From the human T2T-CHM13v2.0 reference genome, Homo sapiens, in the NCBI RefSeq assembly GCF_009914755.1, contig NC_060929.1: a DNA stretch of 64,000 nt. One strand, 5' to 3'. Shown in pieces: positions 1-18,805 of this stretch. Made by a program: the position numbers and the translations under genes. The first letter of the stretch is position 1, and each line of letters starts with the position of its first letter. The notes beneath the pieces were generated by a model that saw only the letters and a program-made list of their open reading frames with translations, did no database searches and had not been told where the DNA came from.

Positions 1-339
1 AACTGTTAAAATGGTGTTCAATAAAGTTCCGTTGATGTTTATTTTAAAATTGCAAGATTTTTTAATCTCAAAAAATGCCATGTATTTATTTTACAAAATG
101 CAAAAAAGGATTGTCAGAGAGAAATTTAAAATTTCCCAAATTTAGTCAACAGAAGATAATTATTGTTGTAATGAGCTGTTCATTATTCCAGATAATTTTT
201 GTACATAGATTTTAGCTTCCCTTTCACATATGTTCCCACTGCCTCTTTTATTTTTATTTTTCTTGTTGAAGCAATTACTTTAGTAATCCTTGGCAGGTAT
301 GATCTATGAGTACTTCAATTCTTACACCACTTTGGAATA

Positions 340-1180
<841 letters not shown>

Positions 1181-1929
1181 TGGTGAAGGCAACAGTTAGT
1201 ATACGCCAGATTCTCAAGTGATACTTTACCTGAATCTTTCAGCTGCTTTATTCCATTTTCTTCTGTTGTGTTTTGCTTCTTTTGACAATGTTGTTGATAT
1301 AATTGTCTCCTCACAAGTTATTTGCCTGTTCCCTGTTAGTTTTAGAAGATTTTTCTTTAGCTATGGTATTTTGCAGTCATGCTATATGTTTAGGTGTTAT
1401 TTTTTCTCCTGCTATGTGTTGCATAAGTGGCGTTTTCAATCTATAGACTCATTTCTTTCCTGTTTTGGATAATAAATGCAATTTTTTTCTCAGGAACATT
1501 TTTCCCTTCACACATTGCTATTCCACGTAGGTTGGCACTTTATGATTAATTGTTGATGTTTCTAAATTCTTCATATATTGCATCTCCTTATTAATCTCTA
1601 TTAATTCTGACATATTTCCTCAGAGCTTTCTTCTAATTCAAAATGTTTTCTCACTAATGACTGATCCATTCTTTTAACTGTCTGTGGGATGTTAGGTATG
1701 TTTTTCTTTTCTTTTTTTTTTTTTATTATACTTTAAGTTTTAGGGTACATGTGCACAATGTGCAGGTTAGTTACATATGTATACATGTGCCATGCTGGTG
1801 CACTGCACCCACTAACTCGTCATCTAGCATTAGGTATATCTCCCAGTGCTATCCCTCCCCCCTCCCCCCACCCCACCACAGTCCCCAGAGTGTGATATTC
1901 CCCTTCCTGTGTCCATGTGATCTCATTGT

Positions 1930-5782
<3,853 letters not shown>

Positions 5783-5821
5783 TCATTAGTTGATGCAGTT
5801 TCTTCCTGGTCTCGATGGTCT

Positions 5822-6839
5822 TTACATTTTGGCATGATTTTGCAGCGGCTGGTACTGGTTGTTCCTTTCCATGTTTAGCGCTTCCTTCAGGAGCTCTTTT
5901 AGGGCAGGCCTGGTGGTGACAAAATCTCTCAGCATTTGCTTGTCTGTAAAGTATTTTATTTCTCCTTCACTTATGAAGCTTAGTTTGGCTGGATATGAAA
6001 ATCTGGTTTGAAAAATTCTTTTATTTAAGAATGTTGAATATTGGCCCCCACTCTCTTCTGGCTTGTAGGGTTTCTGCCGAGAGATCCGCTGTTAGTCTGA
6101 TGGGCTTCCCTTTGAGGGTAACCCGACCATTCTCTTTGGCTGCCCTTAACATTTTTTCCTTCATTTCAACTTTGGTGAATCTGACAATTATGTGTCTTGG
6201 AGTTGCTCTTCTCGAGGAGTATCTTTGTGGCGTTCTCTGTATTTCCTGAATCTGAACGTTGGCCTGCCTTGCTAGATTGGGGAAGTTCTCCTGGATAATA
6301 TCCTGCAGAGTGTTTTCCAACTTGGTTCCATTCTCCCCATCACTTTCAGGTACACCAATCAGACATAGATTTGGTCTTTTCACATAGTCCCATATTTCTT
6401 GGAGGCTTTGCTCATTTCTTTTTATTCTTTTTTCTCTAAACTTCCCTTCTCGCTTCATTTCATTCATTTCATCTTCCATCGCTGATACCCTTTCTTCCAG
6501 TTGATCGCATCAGCTCCTGAGGCTTCTGCATTCTTCACATAGTTCTCGAGCCTTGGTTTTCAGCTCCATCAGCTCCTTTAAGCACTTCTCTGTATTGGTT
6601 ATTCTAGTTATACATTCTTCTAAATTTTTTTCTAAGTTTTCAACTTCTTTGCCTTTGGTTTGAATGTCCTCCCATAGCTCAGAGTAATTTGATCGTCTGA
6701 AGCCTTCTTCTCTCAGCTCGTCAAAGTCATTCTCCACCCAGCTTTGTTCTGTTGCTGGTGAGGAACTGCGTTCCTTTGGAGGAGGAGAGGCGTTCTGCTT
6801 TTTAGAGTTTCCAGTTTTTCTGTTCTGTTTTTTCCCCAT
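5822..6839 (-). pseudogene. L1 ORF1p, disrupted
   Basis: MGKKQNRKTGNSK start; CGA>TGA at 6510-6512, TAA at 6021-6023 and a +1 indel near 6011-6015. Confidence 0.97.
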
Positions 6840-7742
6840 CTTTGTGGTTTTATCTACTTTTGGTCTTTGATGATGGTGATGTACAGATGGGTTTTTGGTG
6901 TGGATGTCCTTTCTGTTTGTTAGTTTTCCTTCTAACAGACAGGACCCTCAGCTGCAGGTCTGTTGGAATACCCTGCCATGTGAGGTGTCAGTGTGCCCCT
7001 GCTGGGGGGTGCCTCCCAGTTAGGCTGCTCAGGGGTCAGGGGTCAGGGACCCACTTGAGGAGGCAGTCTGCCGGTTCTCAGATCTCCAGCTGCGTGCTGG
7101 GAGAACCACTGCTCTCTTCAAAGCTGTCAGACAGGGACATTTAAGTCTGCAGAGGTTACTGCTGTCTTTTTGTTTGTCTGTGCCCTGCCCCCAGAGGGGG
7201 AGCCTACAGAGGCAGGCAGGCCTCCTTGAGCTGCGGTGGGCTCCACCCAGTTCGAGCTTCCTGGCTGCTTTGTTTACCTAATCAAGCCTGGGCAATGGCG
7301 GGCGCCCCTCCCCCAGCCTCGCTGCCGCCTTGCAGTTTGATCTCAGACTGCTGTGCTAGCAATCAGCGAGACTCCGTGGGCGTAGGACCCTCCGAGCCAG
7401 GGGCGGGATATAATCTCGTGGTGCGCCGTTTTTTAAGCCCCTCAGAAAAGCGCAGTATTCGGGTGGGAGTGACCAGATTTTCCAGGTGCGTCCGTCACCC
7501 CTTTCTTTGACTAGGAAAAGGAACTCCCTGACCCCTTGCGCTTCCCAAGTGAGGCAATGCCTCGCCCTGCTTCGGCTCGCGCACGGTGCGCACACCCACT
7601 GACCTGCGCCCACTGTCTGGCACTCCCTAGAGAGATGAACCCGGTACCTCAGATGGAAATGCAGAAATCACCATCTTCTGCGTCGCTCACGCTGGGAGAT
7701 GTAGACCAGAGCTGTTCCTATTCGGCCGTCTTGGCTCCTCCC
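6840..7742 (-). promoter_or_regulatory. L1 5'UTR: internal sense promoter and antisense promoter, CpG-rich
   Basis: CpG-dense ~7230-7740; standard L1PA 5'UTR sequence; YY1 core altered at 7728. Confidence 0.8.
7295..7510 (+). CDS. ORF0: L1 antisense ORF0, intact 71 aa
   Basis: MAGAPPPASLPPCSLISDCC...RCVRHPFL, ATG at 7295 in GCAATGG context, 216 nt; expression not shown. Confidence 0.8.
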   Translation: MAGAPPPASLPPCSLISDCCASNQRDSVGVGPSEPGAGYNLVVRRFLSPSEKRSIRVGVTRFSRCVRHPFL

Positions 7743-7974
7743 AGGTATGTTTTTATTTTCATGATGTCTAAATTATCTCTTTTTCTCCCTACTTGTTTTA
7801 TTTTCGATCAGTATTATCCTCTCCCAATTTCTAGGGTATTTCAAATGTGTTTATTTTGAAGTCTTTTGTATTTGCTCTTTTCTTTATTCCCTTTCCTTGA
7901 ATATGAACTCCTCTACTTCTGGAATCCATTGAGAACATGCAACCATGTTCAACTTTCTTGTGTGCCTCTGACCA

Positions 7975-9685
7975 CTATGGCCTTAATGTTCTCCTCAACT
8001 TGACTAAACTTCAGACAAGCCCCTTCCTGATTCTAGAGCTCCTTTATCTGAGAGCTTTTATTTTATAAAATTTGTAATTGCAAATTCTTTTTTTGCTTCT
8101 TAGAGATGTAATTTTTTTTAACTAGTATTTTAGGTTCAGGGGTACATGTGCAGGTTTGTTACATAGGTAAACTTATGGGGGTTTGTTGTACAGATTATTT
8201 CATCACCCATGTATTAAGTCCAGTACCCTATAGTTATTTTTTCTGCTCCTCTCCTCCTCCCACCCTCTACCCTCAAGTAGATCCCAGTGTCTGTTATTTC
8301 CTTCTTTGTGTTACAAGTTCTCATCATTTAGCTCCCACTTATAAGAAAAAAACATGTAGTATTTGGTTTTCTGTTTCTGCATTAGTTTGCTGGGGATAAT
8401 AGCCTCCAGCTCCACCCATGTTCCCTCAAAAGACATGATCTTGTTCTTTTTTATGGGTCCATAATATTCCATGGTGTATATGTACCACATTTTCTTTATG
8501 CAGTCTACCAATGATGGACATTTAGGTTGATCCTATGTCGTTGCTATTGTGACTAGTGCTGCAATGAACATTCACATGCACGTGTCTTTATCACAGAATG
8601 CATATCTTTCTTTTTTTATGGCTGCATAATATTCCATGGTGTATATGTACCACATTTTCTTTATGCAGTCTACCAGTGATGGGCATTTAGATTGATTCTA
8701 TGTCTTTGCTATTGTGAATAATGCTGCAATGAACATTCACATGCATGTGTCATATGGTAGAATACAGCATATATCTATATTCCTCTGGATATATACCCAG
8801 TAATGGGATTGTTGAATCAAATGGTAGTTCTGCTTTTAACTCTTGGAGGAATCACCATACTGCTTTCCACAATGGTTAAACTCATTTACACCTACCACTA
8901 ACAGTGTATAAGTGTTCTCTTTTGTAGGCAACCTTGCCAGCATCTGTTAGTTTTTGACTTTTTAGTAATAGCCATTCTGACTGGTGTGAGATGGTATCTC
9001 ATTGTGGTTTTGATTTCCATTTCTCTAATAATATGTGATATTGAGCTTTTTTCTATAGGCATTTTGCTCATGTGCGTGCCTTCTTTAGAAAACTGTCTGT
9101 TCATGTCATTTGCCCACTTTCTAATAAGGGTGTTTATTTTTCTCTTTTAAATTTGTTCAACTTTCTTATAGATGCTCAATATTAGACCTTTGTCTAGATA
9201 CATAGGCAGCACAATTTTTTCTCATTTCTGTAGGTCGTCTATTTATTCTGTTGGTAAATTACTTCTTTGCTTCTTAGAGATGTAATCCTTTTCAAAGTCT
9301 CTTGCTGGTATTACAACCTAGGAATGCCTTTCTCTAGGACCTGGAATTCATGCCTTTGAAATGTAATCATCAAGAAAGATAATGCCTCTATTTGGCAGTC
9401 TCTCTGTAGAAGGATATGAGTCTAATTTCACTGGAGTTCATTGTAAACTTACCTTCTGTAAAATTAACTTCTCTAGTGAAGATATGAGGAAGTTTACTTC
9501 CCTTTGGTTAACGGCAATTAGCATACACAAGCGGCCTCTAATCTCCCTACCCCAGCACCTGAAACATTTCCAGTCTTTTGTTTCAAAGTATTTCAGGTTA
9601 GACTGAGTTCTGGCCTCTCCCCTATTGCACAGTCTCAACTAAAGTCTTCTTTGCCTATTTAACTTTGAGGCAATTTGGCTTTGAA
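7975..9685 (+). mobile_element. ERV1 LTR (MER67/MER31-like), split by an L1
   Basis: ttctcctcaacttgactaaacttcagaca start; resumes at 9266 through cccctattgcacagtctc...aaagtcttctttgcc. Confidence 0.65.
8113..9265 (-). mobile_element. 5'-truncated L1 (L1PA13-16-like)
   Basis: L1 3'UTR and ORF2 C-terminus; flanking repeat tttgcttcttagagatgtaat at 8092-8112 and 9266-9286. Confidence 0.93.
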
Positions 9686-11114
9686 ACCTCCTAATTCTAG
9701 GTTAAATTGTGTCTCCTATGATTGCCTTTTTTACTTCTGCCTATTTTCTGGGGACATGTTTTGTGTTTGCTTCCAATTGCTACAAAGCAATATAAGTTTT
9801 CTCATCAATTCCTCTGCTTATTGTTCAGTTTAACGATTTTACCCTAACAAATACCCAGCTGGGGCTTAAAATTCATGGACACTGTATGTTTGAATTATGT
9901 TTGTTGGGTAATTTTGCCTTTACTCCAGTCTTTAACAGCTTGTTATTGGTTACATTGAATAGTTTATATCTGGACCTGTCAGTGCAAATGCTGCATATTA
10001 TCAGCTACCATTTATAATTGTGAATTCTGGTCAAGTGGAGATTGCTTTTTAAAATTTGTGTAGGATCTATCTCTCTGTCTCTCCCACACTTTATATTTTT
10101 CTCAGAGATAGATTTTTAAAAAGTATGTTTTATTCAATATATTGACAAGAGTAGTTGATTCTGGTGGATATCTATCTGATATCAATCCCCCTCCACTTCT
10201 CATTCAGAGGGCCCCAATTTTCTTTAGGACATGTGCAGTGATAAATATAAATTTGTCTACATTCCCACACTGATAGTGGTGTCCATGCAACAGAATTCTA
10301 GCCAATAAAATTTTGAAGAAAATCTCTGTGTAAGGCAACCCTTCACAAATGAAAAGGCAAAATATTAGAAAGAAACATCCCCTTTGACTCATTTAGCCTT
10401 TTTCTTCTTTCTACTTGAAACACAGTCTTAATCTTTGGATGTGGTACAACAAGAACAACAAAAACAAACAAACTGAAGCAAAACAAAACAAAAACCATGA
10501 TACGGATGGCTAAACAGGAACAAATTAGGAGCATAGGTCATCAATAACATCCTCCAGCACAAACATTACACAGTCCCCAGAAAGGTAATCGCCCGAGGTT
10601 GGTTTAAAGTGTGGATAATGAGAATGAATGAATTTTCCCAGAAGAAAGATCCATGAAACATGCAGTAAAATGGGGCTTGAAAATTCTCCTAGAAAAATGA
10701 ACTAGGGACAGAATAATTGACTAACTAGGTAACATCCTCTACTTACAGGAGTGTGTTGTCTTTCCAATTAACAACCAGCAGAATTTGTTATGTGTCCTCA
10801 ACCAGTGACTGCTATAGGTTTCATATTCTCTCCTTGTCAGGATGGGGCTTTAATCACAGCTATTCATTCTTTCTCTGTCAGTGTATGTTGGTTTTTTTAG
10901 AAGCATATAACATATGTTTTAGTGATTTTAAATGGCAAGGCCATGAGGAGTTACCTTGGGACCAATGAAGAATGAAATACAAACCCAAAGAGTTAGGTCC
11001 ACAAGATCAATGCAGTAATTGCATGTGATCTGGGGCTTCTCCCTGGGAGAACAGCTGAGTGTCATCACTGTAGAGGTGTGTGTGAATGTATGGTAGTTAG
11101 CCAAAGAGACGGTG

Positions 11115-11280
11115 TGTTGTATATGCTGTTATTTGCCTACCTAATAACCAATCCTACTACTTCTGTAATAAAATCAGTCTAATTCTGTTAGAGGTAGCAA
11201 TGTACCTAGCTAAAACTATTCACATTGCCTACTCTCTTCTACTTAGGAATGTTCAAATGACATAGCCCTTCCAATGAACT
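11115..11280 (+). mobile_element. Old MLT1 LTR 5' fragment
   Basis: gcaatgtacctagctaaaac...tgacatagcccttccaatga resembles MLT1J-group LTR. Confidence 0.35.
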
Positions 11281-12138
11281 ACCTCTCAATCAGGAAAGCA
11301 AATACTCAATGAATATTCAACAACAAAGAATTTTCTACAGAAACTAGACTGTCTAAGTGTAAACGTTCAGAAACAATAAGTGGAATGTCACTAGCCAACT
11401 TCAGTGCAGATGAACAAGCTGGAGTTTGCAGAAGGCCAGGCTATTCCAGCAGCCACAATACAATTGTAGAGGGGGCTGCTGGTAATGCCCATGGGAGATT
11501 GCTGGCTGTATGAATTCAAAGCATGTTCCCAGTGGTGGGCTTGGGGTCACAACTGATCTTCATGGATGGCAATTGATCAGAAGTTATAGACATGGGAAGG
11601 TGAATAAGATGTTCAATGGTGAACAGAATGTACAATCTGACAGCTACCTTCCTTTCTCCCTCTAACCAGTTATGACTTTCTTAATGTGGCAGTTGCTGCT
11701 AGATATTTTCTTATGAAATCTTTTGCAGATTTTATTTTTTATTTATTTATTTTTTAAGTTCAAATTTGTAACAATTATTTAATTATAAGGTAATTTAGTA
11801 AGAATGATGCTGTTTTGAATGACACAAAAATTTTAAATTAGGGCTTAAAGAAGACAGTTTTAGCTATGTGATCATTTTCCTTTCAACTTGCTGCAGTTCA
11901 ATTGCACATTTTATTTATAGCTAATTCTAAATTGAAAATATTGAAGAATAAAATCTGGTTATATTTTACTAAAGTGACACATTACATAACCATAGTCTAC
12001 TCTTCTCTAAAAATAGACAAATTCTCGCTAAAGAAAAGGTTTTGTCCTCCTCCATATCTGCCCAAAATTCATCCAACCCCACCCCTCATACCTGAGCATA
12101 AGAAGCAACACCTGGATTAGTAGAACAATATCTTGCAT

Positions 12139-12541
12139 CCAGTGGTCTTTTTGGCACCAGAGATCAGTTTCATGGAAGGTAATTTTTCCATGGATGGGGT
12201 GGGCGATATGGTTTCAGGATGATTTAAGCACATTACATGTATTGCGCACTTTATTTATATTACATACTCACCATAATGCAGAATCAGTGGGCCCTGAGTT
12301 TGTTTTCCTGCAACTAGACGGTCCCATCTAAAGGTGATGCAAGTCAGTGACAAATAATCAGGCATTAGATCCTCAAAAGGAGCATGCAACTTACATCCCC
12401 CACATGCACAGTTCACAACAGGATTTGCACACCTATGAGAATCTAACGCCACCACTGATCTGATAGGAGACTCAGCTCAGGTTTGCCTGCTCACCTGCTG
12501 CTCACCTCCTGCTATGCGGACCGGGCATTTGGGGACCAATG
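12139..12541 (+). mobile_element. MER1A (hAT-Charlie)
   Basis: cagtggtc...tttttggcaccag start, gcaactagacggtcccatct, tatgagaatctaa, ttggggacc end. Confidence 0.9.
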
Positions 12542-15500
12542 CATTAGATGACAGTCACATGGCAGAAGAAAAGGATAGAGGAAGCCTGTGTATGATACTA
12601 GTGACTTTCCTAAATTGATGCATTAGTACTGAATTCTTGATATATGGGGGAAGAAAATAAGTTAGTTAGGCGAGTACAGTCAAGTGATCTATGATTTTCA
12701 TTCTTAACTGATATATCTATGAAACCAGTAATTCTTTGACTCTGAATTGAACACTTGAATCAACAGATATTTGAGTGTTAGTAAAATTGTTTCGATGTTT
12801 GCCTGGATTATGATAAGTTTTTGATATGCAGTTTCAGAGCTTCCTTAATTTCAAGGTAATTTCTTTTATTATCTTCAAACACTGTCTCTGTTTGATTTGC
12901 TGGATATAATTTTTACATTTTCTACTTCTATCCCTTATGTCCAATCTCTTCTCTTTATTGCTTTAATTTATTTCCCTTTCCTTTTATGTTTACTGTACTT
13001 TTCTCAAGTTTTTTTCTATGTTTTTTCAGATGTCTCTTCTATTTGTTCCTATTTTTAATGCATTCGTAAATGCCTAAAAGCATTGTTTGAATACTCATTT
13101 CCCCTCCTTGGCTCACCAATATCTATTTTTGGCTAATTATATTATTATGACATTACATTATTGAGGTTTCTTTTTTTTAAATTGACTTCATATTCCACCT
13201 AAGCAGTTCTTACACCTGAAACATTTATACAATGTTTCAATCTGTCCCAAAATAGTTCCTTCGATAATCTTTTGCAGGCTGAGTTCATTTTTTAAATTTC
13301 AAATTGATTGTGAGTTAATTTCTTTTTATTTTAGTTGATGGCAAAATGAATCAGTTTCACCATATGACTATTTCATCTGACACAGCTTTAGTGACTTTTT
13401 CTTGACTCCCATCTCAGCTGAGTTGAGACTGTGTGGCTTTGTTCTCTAAGCTAGACTTTTATGAAGTTGGAAGTGATGTGGGAAGACTTAACTAAAACTT
13501 GGTTTAATCTATATCAGCATAACAATTATCTGCTTACCTGTCTGAAATTTTGTTATGCATCCTGTACATTTATTCTACATTGTTGTGACAGTTGCTACAC
13601 ATCCTCAAGTGGGAATGAAGTCAGACTTTCGTGAATTCCACCAAATTATTGTGGAGTCCTGAAACCTTGCCATCTGTGAGAGTCAGCAGTGATTGTTTTA
13701 ATACCTTTTGCTCTACTTTCCATACAGCGGAGGGAAAATAAAGAATATCTACTCATTTAACTTTGATCTAGACTCACTATTATTATTAAAAATTCTCACT
13801 ATTTTAACAAGTCAACTATGCGGCTTATAGAGAATGGGGTAAATTTAGCACCACGCTGCACTAAATGTGCATGTTTTCTTCCTTGGCTGACAATTTATGA
13901 CAGGTATAGAATTATATTGTTCCTTCTTTTTTATTCTTTTATTTTTTTAGGAAAAAAAGTCCAGAAATAAAAAACTTTCTACATAGATTATGCATCTAAA
14001 TTGTCTTTTTTATTCACTTTACTAGATATCATTATAGTAAAAATACCCAGTCTAATTTTCTCATCTATAATCTATGAATAGTTTTGTTTCGTAAATAACC
14101 AATTTTATTTACATTTTTGTTCAATGAAAGTTTTAATTCTTCCTGATGAGTTGTTTGAAAGTGCTACATAAATTCCATTATCGAACCATTTGATGTTATC
14201 GCTATAACTTCAAATTCTAGATGACATTACAAATTTTTTCACAAAATTGTGATAAAATATTTTATTTAATTTTTAATTATTCAAAACATATGAAACCCAA
14301 AACTATTAATATTTTCATAAACTAAATAAGTATGTTACATATTCCTCTTGAAAGAAAACAAAGACCATTAGCTCTGTGTTTAGATCTTGAGATGTCAATA
14401 AAAGACCATATTGTTTGTGCTATTGGAGGAGGAAAGTAAAAACTGTTCAGATACCAACAGGTAAACTAAACTCTGGCTCTATTATTAATAATACAAAGAG
14501 GATTTTACTTAAAACAGACTTCGTAAGTTATAATAACATTCTATGCACATTCAGGAGACTGTATAAAAACGTGTTTTCCCAGATTGAAAATGACTAATAA
14601 ATGGTAATTGAATTTAATACCACACTGACATTTGTTTAGTCATTAATTAGAAAGGATACAGTATATAATTCTTGGAGCTGTTTTTTTAAATATCACAACT
14701 AATAGGGCTTGCCAAATGTTTCCCATTACTACTATGCACCATACAATATTAAAATAGGTATTTCAGGATATCTGTATGTTGACTATAATGTATTTAAAGG
14801 GGATATCAACTTATAAGTGGAAATTTAATGATTTATTTAGTACAATCTGAAGATATCCGCAGGTACCTTTTTTCAGTAGACAGAGCCTTACTTCAACTTA
14901 TTAGTCTGTGACCAATAACAAGTTGTTTTTATCACAGTTTGTTAAAATATTTTATTCAGCTTGACAAATTTACTTACATCTCATATCTGTCATATGAACA
15001 AGTTCACACAAAGGCTCAAATTATTTTAATTTGAAAGGAATGAACACATTTACTAAGAAATCAAGTGGGTGCATTTAGGCAGAAAAACTGAAAAGTGCAA
15101 AGTGAAATAAAGTGTCTGGTGTGTTTTTCTCCTAGAGGAGCAAAACAACACTGGTGAACTCACTTTGAAATTTTGCTTTGTGCTGACAGTTGAACTATAA
15201 CTATATTTCATAAACCATAGCGCTCCCAAGTTACTGAAAATAAATTGATTTTCTGGAAATATGCGACACACAGGTTCTCAATATGGGTCTTGAACAGTCT
15301 GTCCCTAAAGTAGTTATTTCCATTTACAGCCCTGACCTGCCAGTATCGTCAGTGCTACTGTAGTTTTTCATGTACTTCAAAAACTACAGATCTGTTTCCA
15401 TCCCTCTTAATCTAATATAAACTGCACATGCTTCTATCAGTAAAGACCTTCATTTTTATCCTTCTTCGATTTCATGACACCAATGGTTCTATATTTCACA

Positions 15501-17654
15501 GCAAAGGGAGCAGAATGAAATTACACATCTCTCAGATTTCAGCAATATCTTGTTTATGTGATTCAGGACCTCCATACAAAGAAGAGGTCATTCTCAATAT
15601 TTCAGAAAATGTCTCATTTTGGGGATTCTAGAAGATAAACCTCACAATATGTTTGATTGGAAGTGTTAAAAAATATGCTTATTTGAACAAGAGTGGAAAC
15701 ACTTTAAACAATTAAGGCCTAAAGCAGCAACTCTCAGTATTTTAAAAAAGGCAGTTAATAGAAATGATGGCCAAAAATATGGAATATCTTGTAGTCTATA
15801 TGGCAAAAAATGGAGCAACTGAGGAAGCAAAGTTATTGAGTTATTCCACAAGTAGTGTAGAGATCATCAGTAAAGTTACAAGTGAAAGTAAAATCCCAAA
15901 AGCAACAAAGCTAAAATAAAAATAAAAATAAAAATGATATATCCTGCCCCTCAGAAAAAAAATGGAATTTTTACAAAATGACATTTTACTTGAAATAGTG
16001 GTCTCTTTACTCTAAAAGATATTTTAAAACCCTGCAAAAACAAGTATATTTTGACTAAATGTTTTGGTTTTGGTGATACTGTTACTTAAATATTTACACC
16101 AGAGTTTAAAAACTGTAAGAAAACATAAAAAGTAGAAAGAAGGAAAAAGAGAGAGAGAAAAGAAAAAGCAAAGTGGAAGAATTGCTGAAGGAAAATGTTA
16201 ATAGGGCTACCTGAAGCTTTAATAGAATGGAAGACTAATTAGTTGGGAAGTAAATTTAGACTAAAGGTCTTGATCTGACTGCATTCTTCATTTTAAGGTA
16301 CGAGAATGAGAGGTAAAAGAGATAGCAGGGGGTCACGTTTTTATATTACAAGATTCTTTTGAGTTTCTGTTGATATCCAAATAATTTCAGTCCATGTCAT
16401 TGGCTATGATAGAAATAGTTCAGATGTTCCAGTCTGTTGATTTGAGACATTGTAATATATTAACTGTCTTCTACAGAACTGCCAGGCACTAGTGAGAATG
16501 TTAAGGTTCCAGTCATACAGATTGTTGCTAGGGCAAAGATCCAGTTTTGGTGTGAAAACAGAACTGTGAATATAGATTTTGACTAGAAGAGGATTTGCAT
16601 GTGCTGTAATCCATGGGGCCAACCAGGGGTACAGTCCATGGCTATAGCTGGGTAATTGACTGGAATGGCTTGTCTGAATAGATGTAAGCTGATTTGAAAT
16701 GATGGAGAATAAAGCCCTGCTGGGAACCTATGGCAGAATATGAATGAATGCAGTGGCTGATGCCAGAAAGCAGGAATTAAGCCTCCTGAAAACCAAGGAT
16801 GTGTGACCATGTACCGGGAGTGAATCCAGAAGCAGAAGCCAAAACAAGGAACAGCTGTCACTATAGTAAATGCAGGTAGGGAAAAAGGAGGCAGAAAATG
16901 TAATGAGGTTGTAAGTAAGGATCTGTGGGGGTAGCATTAGGAAGCACCCACATATGTTCCATAAAATACTCGAGAAGACATTATATACTGCTGTATTTAT
17001 GTCTTTTCATTCAATATGGTTGTGTTAATTACTTCCTTAGAGTTATGGCCCAGGCCAATGTGTCACCACACCTATAGTAATTCCTGGTAGAAATGACCTG
17101 ATTTACAGTTCACATTTGTCAGAATTTGTTCAGAATCTCAACAGAGTTGACCTTGTAGATTAATATCATCAGATTTCTCATAGGAAAGTAAATGAGAAAT
17201 CCAGCAAATTATAGTATAAATACACAACAAGACTATTTTGAAATCTCTGTGTCTGGTTAGTACCTTCCTCCCTTGAAATAAGCTGGCAGTGGTCTTGATT
17301 GCAAAGTCCGCTTGATTCTAACAGAGGTGATATATATTTGCTTTTGTGAGTCAGAAATGTGCATAGGTCAACAAAAAATATGTGATCAAAAACTTTTTGA
17401 AAATAGGCTTTCTTCTCCTAATGGAAATGAGACAATACTCTCTTTGTGCTGTAAATCACCCCAGCTACTGAATCCTCTTTCCTTCCTCTATCAAACTGTC
17501 TTCTCCATACTGGCAGCCAGCTAAAATAGCCTGGCCCCCAGAGTCTAACTCATAATTCTAAATTTAAGCACAATTGATTGAAGCACCTTTTATACGATGG
17601 AATTTTCTACTATAATTTGAAGTGGAAAAAATTATTATAAGCAGTAAGCCTTAG

Positions 17655-17887
17655 ATTGTAATAACGTGGGCTTGGAACTTAAAATAAGTAGTTCTGAAAC
17701 TAGCCATACTACTTACTTGGTGTGTGGGCTTCTAGCAAGTTACTTGCCTTCTCTATGCTTTAGTTTTATCATTGGTAAAGACATAATAATAGTATTCACT
17801 CTATAGGATTTCAGTAAATATTGTGATAATCCACATAAAATACTTGAGAAGTACATGGCATATGTTAAGCAGCAATACAAGTTAGCC
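17655..17887 (+). mobile_element. MIR SINE
   Basis: Core acttacttggtgtgtg...gcaagttacttgccttctctatgctttagtttt and MIR 3' tail. Confidence 0.8.
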
Positions 17888-17923
17888 AGTAGGAGTACTA
17901 GATGTAGTAGCTACATTCGCATT

Positions 17924-18580
<657 letters not shown>

Positions 18581-18805
18581 GGTAGCAGTAAAGCACATCC
18601 AGTTTAACAGCTTAACGTTGTTGATTCTAAAGGAGGCTCACTGAACAAATTATTGCTTTTTCATAATGTAAGACATTATGTAATTTCTAGGAAAGTGGCT
18701 AGTTTCATGACACTTAAAATGTTGAAAGTTTTAACAATTGATATGAAAATACATTATCATCTTGTTGACCTTTTCATGAAATCTGGTTTACTGTAAATGA
18801 CACTA

